A DNA stretch of 64,000 nt from Promethearchaeota archaeon (GCA_019057865.1 JAHLWP010000010.1:54086-118085); one strand, 5' to 3'. Shown: positions 51,706-62,101, counted from the stretch's first letter. Notes: generated by a model from the letters alone, not told the origin. Program-made: numbers and translations.

Positions 51706-52785
51706 ATGTTTTTTAATATAATTTCTTTACCCGTAACAATACTCTTTATCGTTGTTGGGTGTGGTTTATTTTATTACGCTATTAAATTAAGAAAAAGATT
51801 TCCAGAGCAGCATAATTTTATAAATAGTATTTTGACTTTTATTCTATGGATATTAGCTGGGTTGGTATATCCGATCCTTTTTTGGACCGATAATATGAAT
51901 TTTGAATTGTTTCAAGTCTTATCTACATTTTTCATATGTATCTTTACACCTGGATTGATATTTTTCATATTATATTATCAATTTCAATTTGTAGTAAAAA
52001 AAAATCCAGGTATTAAGGCAAGGAGAAATATAGAGAATTTTCTAAATAGTTTTGATAAACAAGAGGGAGAAAGAAATAGATTAGGGTCTCATACACTTAA
52101 AACAGATATCCATAGAAAAGCATTGCATTTATTCCCAGCAGGATTGATTATTTTTCTATGGATTTTTGCAGTATATATTTGGGATGGTTTATGGAATGCA
52201 GATGATCTATGGGGTATATCAGGAGAGGAATTTGGAAGATTTTTAATATTAACTGCTGGGTACTCAGGAATTATAGTTTTTGCTGGATTAGATTATATAA
52301 GATTATCTTTTATCTTTGAGAATCGAAATCTATATCATCTTCTCCCTGATAAAGTGTCAAATATATTAGGAAGGACAATGAAGCGTAATGAAATTTATGA
52401 ATATACCAGACCCGCTGTCATTGCATTATCTTTTACACCTATACTTTTTCTTCCTTTTGGAGTATTTTGTGCAGCAACATTAATAGCTACCATTGGAGAT
52501 GGAGCAGCCTCTATTTTTGGGTTTAAATTTGGAAAAAAAAAATTTCCAAAATCATCTAAAAAGACAATTATTGGCTACATTGCTGGTTTTATAGCCTCTT
52601 TTGGAGTAAGTATATTTGCTTTATGGTTATTTGAGCCTAAAATACTATTGATAAAGAAAATAATTATTTCCATTAGTGGAGCATTGATGTTTTTTCTTAT
52701 AGATATAATCAACCTGAAAGTTGATGATAATATTTTAAATCCAATATTTTGCGGGTTGTTAATGTGGATAGTATATATTATCTAA
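51706..52785 (+). CDS. CTP-dependent polyprenol/diacylglycerol kinase family (dolichol/phytol kinase-like)
   Basis: HRKALH, IGDGAASIFG..FG, KKTIIG, VDDNILNP. Confidence 0.8.
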   Translation: MFFNIISLPVTILFIVVGCGLFYYAIKLRKRFPEQHNFINSILTFILWILAGLVYPILFWTDNMNFELFQVLSTFFICIFTPGLIFFILYYQFQFVVKKNPGIKARRNIENFLNSFDKQEGERNRLGSHTLKTDIHRKALHLFPAGLIIFLWIFAVYIWDGLWNADDLWGISGEEFGRFLILTAGYSGIIVFAGLDYIRLSFIFENRNLYHLLPDKVSNILGRTMKRNEIYEYTRPAVIALSFTPILFLPFGVFCAATLIATIGDGAASIFGFKFGKKKFPKSSKKTIIGYIAGFIASFGVSIFALWLFEPKILLIKKIIISISGALMFFLIDIINLKVDDNILNPIFCGLLMWIVYII

Positions 52786-53007
52786 TTTTTTTCATTAATC
52801 GATTTAGGAATTACCTTAGTATACGATTTCACCTAATCTATTAAAATTTAAGTTTTTTATAATTATTTTACTTCACTTATTATATTAGTCAATTTTAAAT
52901 TCAAAAATTCAATTAGCTCACTAAGTTTATATTTCAACAATATCTTTATTTTTCTAAACGATATTTTTAGAAATTCCACAGCAAAATCACTAATTAAATT
53001 AAGATAA

Positions 53008-54471
53008 ATGACTTTTAAAAATAATTTTAATCAATTATATTGTTCTAATAATCCAAATCGAAAGAAAAAACAACCTTGCAATCTTCTTTTTCAAGAACAA
53101 AACTCTGAAAAATTAAAATTTAATTCAAGAAATTTAAAGAAAAGAGAAAGTGGTTTTCCATTTGATGAGGAAATAATAGTAAAAGATTTAAATGGTATTG
53201 TTCGCAAGGTTCAAATAGGATCTATGGAGAATTCATGGCAAGGTCTAAAAGTATTATCAATTAATAAGGATGAAAAGCAATTTGGTTCTCCAAAATTTAT
53301 TCCTATTAAGGATTTTAATAAAGGAGAATCTTCATTTCTCTTAAAAATTCGCTTAGCTGATGGAAGACAAATCATATGCAGCCCAAATCAAATCATTCCT
53401 ATATTAGTGATTTTTATTCGTATTCATGCATATAATAATCCAAAGAATACTTGGTCTATTGATTATAAAAAAGCTCAAGACATAAGAAATGGAGATAATA
53501 TGTTAGTGCTTCATAAGATTCCATTCTCCTCAAATGTCTCATACTATCTTTTTATTCCTAGAATTCTAAATTGGGAGAATCGATGGGTTGGAATCCATAG
53601 GAAAGATTATTTAAAATTTTCATTTAGAAAAAATCAAAAGACTGAGGATCCACTAATAAAATTAATTAATTCTAAATTTCAATATTCCAAACCAGCTAAA
53701 ATATATAGAACACTTTGGTCAAATCTATCGGTTTCAGAAAAATATTTGCTTGAAATGGAAGCAAGAAGAAACCAAGTTAAGATTCTAGTAAAAATCCATG
53801 AAAAAGTAGGCTATTGGTATTCTTCAATTATTCCATTAACAAATGATTTTTTTAGATATCTGGGATGGTATGTCGCAGAAGGGTCCAAGGATAAAAATAG
53901 AATTACTATTACCCAATCGAAAGAAAAAAATTACACTAATTGGCAAGAAATCATTAATCTCCTTGATAATTTAAATTTTCCTTCAAGTGTATCAGGAGAA
54001 AAATCTATTAGAATAAATTCTAATATCTTGGCTAAATTAACAGTCAAATTGTGCTCAAAATTAGCTCAAAATAAGAAAATCCCTTTTGAATTGTTTAATA
54101 TTGAAAGAGCGAATGCTTTTTTAGACGCATATTACAAAGGAGATGGATGTCAAAAAACAGCTGGATTAAAAAAATTCACAACAGCAAGTCAACAATTAAA
54201 GAATGATTTAGTGAGTATTCTTGGAGCAACAGGATATTATTGTTCTATATGGTATCCTTCTCCTTCTGATAATTGTTATCGTATAACTGAGATAAATGAC
54301 AAACATTACAGGAGAAAATTTATGGGACTTATTAAATTCAATAGCACAACTCCTTTAAGGGTGAAGTATGTTAAAATAATTGAAAAAAATCTTGAAATAT
54401 TTAATTTAAAGACTGAACATGGTTGGTTTGTCTCTACAAATGGAATATTAATTTATAATAATTTACCATAA
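53008..54471 (+). CDS. Free-standing intein-like protein (Hint + LAGLIDADG homing endonuclease)
   Basis: Block A-like GFPFDEEIIV, block B-like IRLADGRQIICSPNQ, LGWYVAEGS, FLDAYYKGDG, FTTASQQLKNDL, C-terminal IFNLKT..WFVSTNGILIYN. Confidence 0.8.
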   Translation: MTFKNNFNQLYCSNNPNRKKKQPCNLLFQEQNSEKLKFNSRNLKKRESGFPFDEEIIVKDLNGIVRKVQIGSMENSWQGLKVLSINKDEKQFGSPKFIPIKDFNKGESSFLLKIRLADGRQIICSPNQIIPILVIFIRIHAYNNPKNTWSIDYKKAQDIRNGDNMLVLHKIPFSSNVSYYLFIPRILNWENRWVGIHRKDYLKFSFRKNQKTEDPLIKLINSKFQYSKPAKIYRTLWSNLSVSEKYLLEMEARRNQVKILVKIHEKVGYWYSSIIPLTNDFFRYLGWYVAEGSKDKNRITITQSKEKNYTNWQEIINLLDNLNFPSSVSGEKSIRINSNILAKLTVKLCSKLAQNKKIPFELFNIERANAFLDAYYKGDGCQKTAGLKKFTTASQQLKNDLVSILGATGYYCSIWYPSPSDNCYRITEINDKHYRRKFMGLIKFNSTTPLRVKYVKIIEKNLEIFNLKTEHGWFVSTNGILIYNNLP

Positions 54472-54501
54472 AATGCAAATTTTTTTTGCATTCAATTGTA
54501 G

Positions 54502-57474
54502 TTAGAAAAGTTTTTTTTGACTTGTCTGCAATTCTTTTTTCTTTTGATAACCTCTTAAAATTATTTCTTCATAATCGATACCTAAAGCATCTAATAGCTG
54601 TTCTAATGCTGATCTCAATAATTCTCTATATTTTTTAACATCTAAATCTCTAAAGATGGCCAATTCAAAAGCTTTAGCTCCAATTTTATCATTACTTTTA
54701 ATAAACTTAATATTTTCTCCTTTTTGTAATTCTTTTCCTGTTGCATCTCTTAATGCTAGAGCAGCCCTAACATGCTGAGGAATTGTTTTGTCATATGAAT
54801 CAAGTGATTTTTGCATACTTATATTAATTGAATAATCTTCTAAGGTGAACTCTCCCTCTTTACCAATTTTTTTTCTGTTTTTTTTTATAACCTCAATAAT
54901 GGATTTTCTTGCTTTTAAAAAATCTTCATTATCATTAATGTCCTTTAAAATTTCAATCAGGTCGTTAAACACTGTTTTAATAAATTCTGGTGTGTTTTTT
55001 TTTTTCGCAACTAAACCTTTCTTATCAACAAACTTAGTATCTTTATAAATACCTAAATAGTTCTTTTTTCTATCTGAAAGAGCTAAAAATTGATATGTTT
55101 TTTCTTCTTCTAAATCAAGATCAAGTTCTTCTTTACTCCATTTACTTATTTCATTCATTTGTGCTTGTGAAGGATTTTTAAGAAAAATGGAATCTGTATC
55201 TCCATAAAGAACTTCTATCCCAATTTGCTCTGCTTTTTTAATAGTTTGCTTTATGGAATATTGTCCTATTCCCGTAATACTTTCTGCTACAGGTAAGCAA
55301 TATAAAGGGAAATTTTGCGAACCAAAAACTCCGTATGAGGCATTAATGAATACTTTAAGTGCTTGTTGAATTGTTTGATAATAATTTCGTTGTTTTTCAG
55401 ATAGAGTTTTATCACTTGATTTTGGTTTGAAGTACTTTACTCTAATATCTCGGAAGAAACCAACTACATAAGCAAAGATTCCCATTTTATGAGTACATGC
55501 ATGATAAGGACTGGCTTTTAATAGATTATCTTTACAATCGTTGTGAGGACATAGTACAGTCTCATATGAAAGGTTATATTCTTTTATTATCGAAGGATAA
55601 AGTGATGCGTAATCCATAACTACAACATCAAAATGAATCCCCGGTACAGGTGGAAAAACGTAAGCACCTGCGAATGCTTTTCCTTCTATAACTGCTTTTG
55701 AATAGCCCCCTGTTTTTAATTCAGCTATTTCAGATCGCCGAGGTATTAGATAATTTTTTCGACGATGTTCAAAATAAAAAATACTTTGTATCCAAGTGGA
55801 TATCTGGCGTCTTACAGTTTCATGGATTGGCATTTTAGTAATCCGACATAATAAGATAATTAAGTTCCATACAAGGGAGTTGTTAAATTTGGTCAATTCT
55901 AAAGTTAATATGGAATCTTTTAGATTATACCAGGTAAGAATATCATATTCCATTTCATGTATCTCTTCTTCGTGCTCATACTTTTTTTCACCCAATAATG
56001 CTCCACTAATAGCGTTTAAAGAACTGCTTTCATAAACACCACCAAATGCATATCCAGAAATACTTCTATTAAAGAATAGATTAAATAAATCGATATGAAT
56101 TCCTTTTCTAAGATCACAATCTGACCTCGATAAAAAACCAAAACCCCTCTTAATATGAATAGGATTTAAATCTCTTTCAATTTTTAATTTATTTGCTCTA
56201 TGAAACATATAATTTAAATCAAAATTATCTCCGTTAAATGTAATAATTACAGGGTACTCCCATAAAAGACGAAAGGTTTCAGTTAATAAGTTCTTCTCAC
56301 TTTTAAAAAAAATTAATTTTGCTTCAGAAGGAAATTTTTGATGAAGCCCTCGATAAGAGAATCCTTCTCTTTCTAATGCATATACTAATTTTAAACCATC
56401 TGTAGATACAAAGGATATACTTATTATTTCTTGATTCGCTTGACGGGGATCTGGGATACCAAGATCTTCTGGACCTAAATTCACTTCAATGTCCATAGCC
56501 AATCTTTTAAAATCTGGAATTGGAGTTAAAAATATATCTAAAAACTTTTCTGAAAATTCTTGAATTTCTGAAGCTTCATCTTTAAATAGATTCCGTAATT
56601 CAATGGCCATTTTTTTGGATTCTTCTGAATCCTCTTCAAAACTTAATTTTTGAATTTGCCCATTCTTAATACTATAAATTAATCCAGGAATTAATTGTGT
56701 ATCATAGATATAATTTAAATGATATCTAATATCTGCCTCCCAAGCTTTTATGTCATGTTCCCCTAAAATATTCCGAATATTTTTTCCAGATCCTCCAATA
56801 TCGGATGGTGTTTTACCATAAATTTTTGTTATTGTAAGTTCTTTATCTTCTAATAGGTCTACTTTCTTTATTTCTTCAAATCTTGTGAATCCATCATAAC
56901 TTGTTAAATCTCTATTATTTTCCAAATCTGATTTTGATTCTTTACTTAAACAATAAGGTTCGTGGTTTGTTGTATCAATCCATAACTTAATTTCATCTTT
57001 GTCCAAATCATAGAATTTACAGAATGCTTTATTTTGTCCACCATCATAATCAACGTCAAGTAATAACCCTCTTTTCAGATTTTCTACAATCTCCCCTTTT
57101 TTGATTAAATATCGAATATATTTTGAAGTAACTGTTTCTCGTGTCACTTTATCTAATTCAATGATTCCTTCCTTTAATCCAAAAGGTACATCATTCCCTT
57201 TAAAAAATAAATCTTGAGGGATTTCTTTTGTCTCAACTTTTTGTTTTATTTTTTCCTCTTCTATTTTCTCTGTTTTTTTGGTAGTAATTTCCTTTTTTGG
57301 TTCTTCTTCAACTAATTCTTTAATTTCCTCTTTTTTGGGTTTTTTTTCTCCTATCTTCTTTTTTGGAGTTTCTTCTTTCACAAAACTAAAAAGTGAGGTC
57401 TGTGCTTTCTCCTCATCTGATTTCTTTTTAGATTTTTTTGGAGCTGGCAATTTTATAACCAATAGAAATTTCAA
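54502..57474 (-). CDS. polB: Family B DNA polymerase (PolB1-like); true start possibly TTG 57450
   Basis: MDIEV (ExoI), FNGDNFD (ExoII), DYASLYPSII, KVFINASYG, YGDTDS, KKNY. Confidence 0.95.
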   Translation of the reverse strand: MKFLLVIKLPAPKKSKKKSDEEKAQTSLFSFVKEETPKKKIGEKKPKKEEIKELVEEEPKKEITTKKTEKIEEEKIKQKVETKEIPQDLFFKGNDVPFGLKEGIIELDKVTRETVTSKYIRYLIKKGEIVENLKRGLLLDVDYDGGQNKAFCKFYDLDKDEIKLWIDTTNHEPYCLSKESKSDLENNRDLTSYDGFTRFEEIKKVDLLEDKELTITKIYGKTPSDIGGSGKNIRNILGEHDIKAWEADIRYHLNYIYDTQLIPGLIYSIKNGQIQKLSFEEDSEESKKMAIELRNLFKDEASEIQEFSEKFLDIFLTPIPDFKRLAMDIEVNLGPEDLGIPDPRQANQEIISISFVSTDGLKLVYALEREGFSYRGLHQKFPSEAKLIFFKSEKNLLTETFRLLWEYPVIITFNGDNFDLNYMFHRANKLKIERDLNPIHIKRGFGFLSRSDCDLRKGIHIDLFNLFFNRSISGYAFGGVYESSSLNAISGALLGEKKYEHEEEIHEMEYDILTWYNLKDSILTLELTKFNNSLVWNLIILLCRITKMPIHETVRRQISTWIQSIFYFEHRRKNYLIPRRSEIAELKTGGYSKAVIEGKAFAGAYVFPPVPGIHFDVVVMDYASLYPSIIKEYNLSYETVLCPHNDCKDNLLKASPYHACTHKMGIFAYVVGFFRDIRVKYFKPKSSDKTLSEKQRNYYQTIQQALKVFINASYGVFGSQNFPLYCLPVAESITGIGQYSIKQTIKKAEQIGIEVLYGDTDSIFLKNPSQAQMNEISKWSKEELDLDLEEEKTYQFLALSDRKKNYLGIYKDTKFVDKKGLVAKKKNTPEFIKTVFNDLIEILKDINDNEDFLKARKSIIEVIKKNRKKIGKEGEFTLEDYSINISMQKSLDSYDKTIPQHVRAALALRDATGKELQKGENIKFIKSNDKIGAKAFELAIFRDLDVKKYRELLRSALEQLLDALGIDYEEIILRGYQKKKELQTSQKKLF

Positions 57475-57591
57475 ATTTGTTTGAGCTATTAATTAATATG
57501 ATAATATTTATTTTAATCTCAACTATTTTGAGTTTAATATTTATTTTATTAAATAAAAAATAGAATTGATAAAACTACCTTTTTTCCTAAT

Positions 57592-57735
57592 TTATTTAGT
57601 GCCTGTTGTCATTTTAATATCTTCAATAAGCATAAAAGGAGCAAAAACAACGTTATTAGCAGGACTCAACCATGTAGATACTTGTTTTAAAGTTTTTCCT
57701 AAAGCTATTGTATGTTCAAGTATATGAAGATGATT
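57592..57735 (-). pseudogene. Short C-terminal remnant, TldD/PmbA-like
   Basis: Hand translation ...ILEHTIALGKTLKQVSTW...VFAPFMLIEDIKMTTGTK*; no start codon. Confidence 0.4.
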
Positions 57736-57774
57736 TGAATAATATTAGAAGTTGTTTATTAAGGAAAAGATTTT

Positions 57775-58119
57775 TTATTTCTTATTTTGGGAAATTGTAT
57801 TCTTAATCTCATCTAATAAAAGCTTTTTTTCTGCTATGTACCAATCAAGCTGGCTTTTTGAAGGATTCTCATGATAAATAATTTCTGCAACGTCCCGAAT
57901 TTCATCCTCAGAGGCTTTAATTAAAGCACCATCAACATCCTCTCGGATTAGTAAAACTAAATTATCAGTCTCTAATGGTTTAATATCATATCCGTTTTTT
58001 ACATTTTTATTAATTATAACACAAAGTTGAGCAAGACGCCAAATAGACTTATCTAAGCTCTTGTTCTCCTTGTAGATTTTAAAAGCCAATCTAGTTACAT
58101 CCTCTTTTGAGAAAGGCAT
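57775..58119 (-). CDS. Hypothetical protein with two DUF2934-like helical repeats
   Basis: SKEDVTRLAFKIY..W.LA.. and SEDEIRDVAEIIY..WYIAE. Confidence 0.65.
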   Translation of the reverse strand: MPFSKEDVTRLAFKIYKENKSLDKSIWRLAQLCVIINKNVKNGYDIKPLETDNLVLLIREDVDGALIKASEDEIRDVAEIIYHENPSKSQLDWYIAEKKLLLDEIKNTISQNKK

Positions 58120-58300
58120 AATAATTCAAAATATTCTATTATAATTCTTTATATAATGACAGTTATACTGATGGGTATCAAAAAGATAATTAAACTTTTA
58201 ATTATTTGTGTTTACTTTTATAGCTAATTAAAAACACAAAATTAATAATTTATTCATTTTTACTATCTTTAAATAAATGCCTCCGTAGCTTAGCGGTATA

Positions 58301-58330
58301 ACTACTATTATTTTATAATCGCAGGACTAT
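58301..58330 (+). other. tRNA intron at position 23/24 (D-arm), 30 nt, relaxed BHB
   Basis: GGUA-UA^A-CUACUAUUA(UUUUA)UAAUCGCAG-GACU-AU^G. Removal restores the D stem. Confidence 0.75.
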
Positions 58331-58366
58331 GCATCCGACTTGTAATCGGAAGGTCGGGGGTTCAAA

Positions 58367-58395
58367 ATGACAATGCATTCGCATTGTAATGAAAA
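58367..58395 (+). other. tRNA intron at position 59/60 (T-loop), 29 nt, canonical BHB
   Basis: GGGGG-UUCA-AA^A-UGACAAUGC(AUUC)GCAUUGUAA-UGAA-AA^U-CCCCC. Confidence 0.92.
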
Positions 58396-58601
58396 TCCCC
58401 CCGGGGGCTTCTATATTTTATGATGAATACTATTTAACATTTTTCTGGATTATGTTGATTATGGCTGGAATTCAATTTCTAAGTTTTCTAATATTTAAAA
58501 CGATCAACAGAAAAGAATATGAACATAAACATATTTTAAAGAAATACAATATAATACAATAAAATCTCAATTATTTCCATAGCTCCCATTTTTAATTTAT
58601 T

Positions 58602-60176
58602 ATGAATAAAATAAATCGTATAATTCTTTGTATAATTGATGATGTTAGATCCAAGCATTTTTTTAATTTTATTGATAAAGGATTACTCCCCAATTTTAAA
58701 AAATTAATGGAAAATGGACTATATTCTAAGAATTGCATAACAGATTTCCCTTCCATTACTTATCCTACCCAAATATCTATTAATACTGGTACATACACAG
58801 GAGATTATCGTAAAGAATTATGTCATGGGATACCTTTAGCAAAATGGATGGGGCGAGATACTAAACCTCCTTTTTTGAGAGATTATGCCTCTAAAGATAT
58901 GCAAATATATAAGTTGAACGAAGATGTTGGCAATAATTGTCAAACTATCCTTGAAATGGTTGGTGATGAGAATAATGCTAGTATAAGCCAATTTTTAATT
59001 AAAGGTGCAAAGTACTTCTTCCCTGAGAGAAAGACAAAACTCGCAATGCTTTATCTCCTTCTAATGCTTCTACGAAATAGAAAAAGAATAATGATTAGAG
59101 CAAATTCGGTGATTGTTCAGAAGTTATTAGAGACTTTTAAAAGTCCAAAAAAGTTTTTTGACGTCAATGAACCTCCTATAGCCTCTTTACTTTGCTTTAT
59201 ATCTTCTGATTTATTAATGCATGTGTATGGATTCGATTCAAAAATATATAAATTAAATTTATTACATATCGATAAAGTTATAGGCTATTTAATTGAGAAG
59301 TTAGATGAGATGGGCTATTTAAATGATACTGCTATTGCTATTACCTCAGATCATGGGAATTATAAAGCGAAGAAAGTGGGAGACCTAACAGATTTTTTTA
59401 TAGCAAATAAATTAACTCACTATCATCCTCATAAGAATAGAAAAGGAAATATGGACCTCGCTGAATATGGTGGTGTTGGTTTTTTTAATTTTAAAGGAAA
59501 GGTTAAATCGGATAGCTATAAATTTTGGCTACAACCAACTATAAAAGAGCTTGAAAATTATGGGAAAAAACGAGTAAATTTACTAAAGGAATTATTCAAC
59601 ATTAAGGGAACCCAATTAATGTACTATAGAGATGATGAAAATACAAATAAAAATGGAAAAATCTATTTAAAGAGGAAATATATAGATACAAATAAAATTA
59701 TAACAGGAATAATTGAATATAGAGGAACTGGACATAATTTTAAGACAAAATATATTATAGAAAATGATGAAAATGATGTTTTCAATTATTTAACTGATCC
59801 TAAAGCTAGTAAATTGATAGATGGCAAATTTCATTCAATAAATGAATGGTTAATTGCAACATCTCATCTTGATTTTCCATTATATCCAGATTTAATTCCT
59901 CGCCATTTTAAAAATCCAAGAAGTTGTGATATTATTCTTAGTAATGAGGGGACTATTATTTATAATATTGAACATGGAAAGAAAAAAAGGAGGACCAGAT
60001 ATTTTCACGATATCGGGTTAAGAAAGAGTTCAGTTGTTCCCTTGATTATAGGAGGATCATTAGAAATACCTCATAAAGAGGTACAATTTTGCAAAATTGT
60101 TGATATTGTTCCAACTCTATTAAAATTTTTAGGTAAAACACCTCATAAAAGTGTGATTGGGGAAAGTCTGGTTTAG
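58602..60176 (+). CDS. Alkaline phosphatase superfamily (nucleotide pyrophosphatase/phosphodiesterase)
   Basis: CIIDDVR, FPSITYP, DLLMH, ITSDHG, IVDIVPT. Confidence 0.85.
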   Translation: MNKINRIILCIIDDVRSKHFFNFIDKGLLPNFKKLMENGLYSKNCITDFPSITYPTQISINTGTYTGDYRKELCHGIPLAKWMGRDTKPPFLRDYASKDMQIYKLNEDVGNNCQTILEMVGDENNASISQFLIKGAKYFFPERKTKLAMLYLLLMLLRNRKRIMIRANSVIVQKLLETFKSPKKFFDVNEPPIASLLCFISSDLLMHVYGFDSKIYKLNLLHIDKVIGYLIEKLDEMGYLNDTAIAITSDHGNYKAKKVGDLTDFFIANKLTHYHPHKNRKGNMDLAEYGGVGFFNFKGKVKSDSYKFWLQPTIKELENYGKKRVNLLKELFNIKGTQLMYYRDDENTNKNGKIYLKRKYIDTNKIITGIIEYRGTGHNFKTKYIIENDENDVFNYLTDPKASKLIDGKFHSINEWLIATSHLDFPLYPDLIPRHFKNPRSCDIILSNEGTIIYNIEHGKKKRRTRYFHDIGLRKSSVVPLIIGGSLEIPHKEVQFCKIVDIVPTLLKFLGKTPHKSVIGESLV

Positions 60177-60204
60177 AATAACTAAAACAAATTTGGTCAA
60201 TAAA

Positions 60205-61611
60205 TTGGAATTAAAAATATTATATATAAATGACCTACATAGTAGATATGAAGAACTTGCTAAAATTGCAACCATTATTAAAAAACTCAAAGATGATAAT
60301 ACACTTATCTTTGATGCAGGTGATACTACAGATCCATGGCGCATAGAAGTTATAGGAACTAAAGGGAATATTATTTCGGATATTCTTAATTACATTGGTT
60401 TCAACACAAGAATCATTGGAAATACTGAAGGTTTTTCAGATAAAGATATATTTGAAGAAATTATAGAGAGTTCAAATTTTCCAGTAATCACATGCAATAT
60501 TTACAATATAAAAGGTAAAAAGATTAAAAATGTAAAGGATTATGTTATTTTTGATATTAATGGTTTAAAAGTTTTGGTGACTGGCGTAACACCTGCTTAT
60601 AATGAGTTTTACCACCTTTTTAATATTCATATAGAGGATCCAACTAAAGATTTAAAGCGAGTTCTTTCCAAAATTGACAAAAATCAATTAGATCTTGTAA
60701 TTGTTATATCTCACTTGGGCTTAGACGGTGATAAAGAATTAGCAAAAAAATTATCTAATATTGACATTATCATTGGAGGACATTCTCATACAGTTCTTAA
60801 TGAATGTCTTGTTAAAAACAATGCAATTATATGCCAAGCTGGAAATTTCGGTGAATATGTAGGAGAACTTATTATAGACTATGATTTTAAAGAGGGATTA
60901 ATAAAGAGTTTTAAAAATAGATTAATTTCAACTAAAGATTATCCTGAGGATCCTAAAGTTATTGAGCTTATAAAACAAAACTCAAAAATAGCTATAGCCA
61001 ACATGTCTCGCCCTTTATATAAAATTGATCTTAATTTGAAACACTCTTTTACTGAAGAAAGTCAAATAGGCAATCTTTTGGCTGACGGTTTAAGGGATTT
61101 CTTTAAATATGATATTGGTATAATAAATAGTGGGGTTTTGAATCATGGAATCGAAAAAGGTTATGTTACAAGATTAATTCTACATAAAATTTGTCCTTCA
61201 CCATTAAATCCAACTTTAGTTGAAATTAAAGGAAGTGACTTGTTACTAACCTTAGAAAAATCTTTACTTCAAGAGTTTCAATTAAGTGATGGTGCAGGAG
61301 CAGGATTTAGAGGAAGCTTCCTAGGAAATATTCAAGTATCTGATAATGTTCAAATATATTATAATCCAGCAGACAAGCCACTAAACAAAATACAAGCTGT
61401 AAAGATCAATAATGAATTATTAGATCCCCTAAAATGGTATATCGCAGGAACATCCGATTATCTACAACGTGGAACTGGCTATGAGGAATTTGGTAATTGT
61501 AAAAATGAAATTTATAGACGGGAGTGGTTAAGGGACATCCTTGAGAATTATTTAAAAAAAAGAAAATATGTCAAAAAAGCTTTAATTAAACGGTTTATCC
61601 AAACTGTATAA
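60205..61611 (+). CDS. Bifunctional metallophosphatase / 5'-nucleotidase
   Basis: INDLHS, FDAGD, ISHLG, IIGGHSH, QAG, INSG; likely start TTG 60205. Confidence 0.9.
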   Translation: MELKILYINDLHSRYEELAKIATIIKKLKDDNTLIFDAGDTTDPWRIEVIGTKGNIISDILNYIGFNTRIIGNTEGFSDKDIFEEIIESSNFPVITCNIYNIKGKKIKNVKDYVIFDINGLKVLVTGVTPAYNEFYHLFNIHIEDPTKDLKRVLSKIDKNQLDLVIVISHLGLDGDKELAKKLSNIDIIIGGHSHTVLNECLVKNNAIICQAGNFGEYVGELIIDYDFKEGLIKSFKNRLISTKDYPEDPKVIELIKQNSKIAIANMSRPLYKIDLNLKHSFTEESQIGNLLADGLRDFFKYDIGIINSGVLNHGIEKGYVTRLILHKICPSPLNPTLVEIKGSDLLLTLEKSLLQEFQLSDGAGAGFRGSFLGNIQVSDNVQIYYNPADKPLNKIQAVKINNELLDPLKWYIAGTSDYLQRGTGYEEFGNCKNEIYRREWLRDILENYLKKRKYVKKALIKRFIQTV

Positions 61612-61648
61612 TATTCCTTTAAATTCGGAAAAAAAGGTTAAAAAAAAA

Positions 61649-62101
61649 TTATATTGGGCGAAAATATTCAATATCTAATATTCGCTTTCTTGGTTTTTCT
61701 TTAAAAACAGCTTTTACTTGCATACCCACTTTTAATTGTTTAGGATCTCCGATATTTATAATATGTACAATATCAGTGTCCGCACCATCTAATCTAATTA
61801 TTGCATAGGAGTAAGGTGGTTCAAGAGGCATTACTGGTGTTGAATGCGCAATTGTAGTAAAGCCTACAACTGTACCTTGATTTCCAACCTCTATCCATTC
61901 TTCCATTTTTTCAAAACATTCTACACAAATCATTCTGGGAGGAACAAATACTTTACTACACTTAGGACATTTTACACCCATAATTCTTTTATTTTTTCCA
62001 ATTTCGGTTATAAACCGTTCAACATATGCTCCTGCTGTGTGTTTGTAGGGTACTTTTATTTTTCCTCTAAATATTTTCTTTTCATCAATCAGGTTATCCA
62101 C
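61649..62101 (-). CDS. DUF35 Zn-ribbon/OB-fold protein
   Basis: GVKCPKCSKVFVPPRMICVEC, IRLDGAD. Confidence 0.92.
   Translation of the reverse strand: MDNLIDEKKIFRGKIKVPYKHTAGAYVERFITEIGKNKRIMGVKCPKCSKVFVPPRMICVECFEKMEEWIEVGNQGTVVGFTTIAHSTPVMPLEPPYSYAIIRLDGADTDIVHIINIGDPKQLKVGMQVKAVFKEKPRKRILDIEYFRPI

Larger units (their letters stand above)
58279..58409 (+). tRNA. tRNA-Thr(UGU) with two non-canonical introns
   Basis: Mature 72 nt: GCCTCCG TA GCTT AGCGGTA TA/GC A TCCGA CTTGTAA TCGGA AGGTC GGGGG TTCAAA/T CCCCC CGGGGGC T. Acceptor, anticodon and T stems pair fully; D stem has one U.U; no encoded CCA. Confidence 0.93.
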
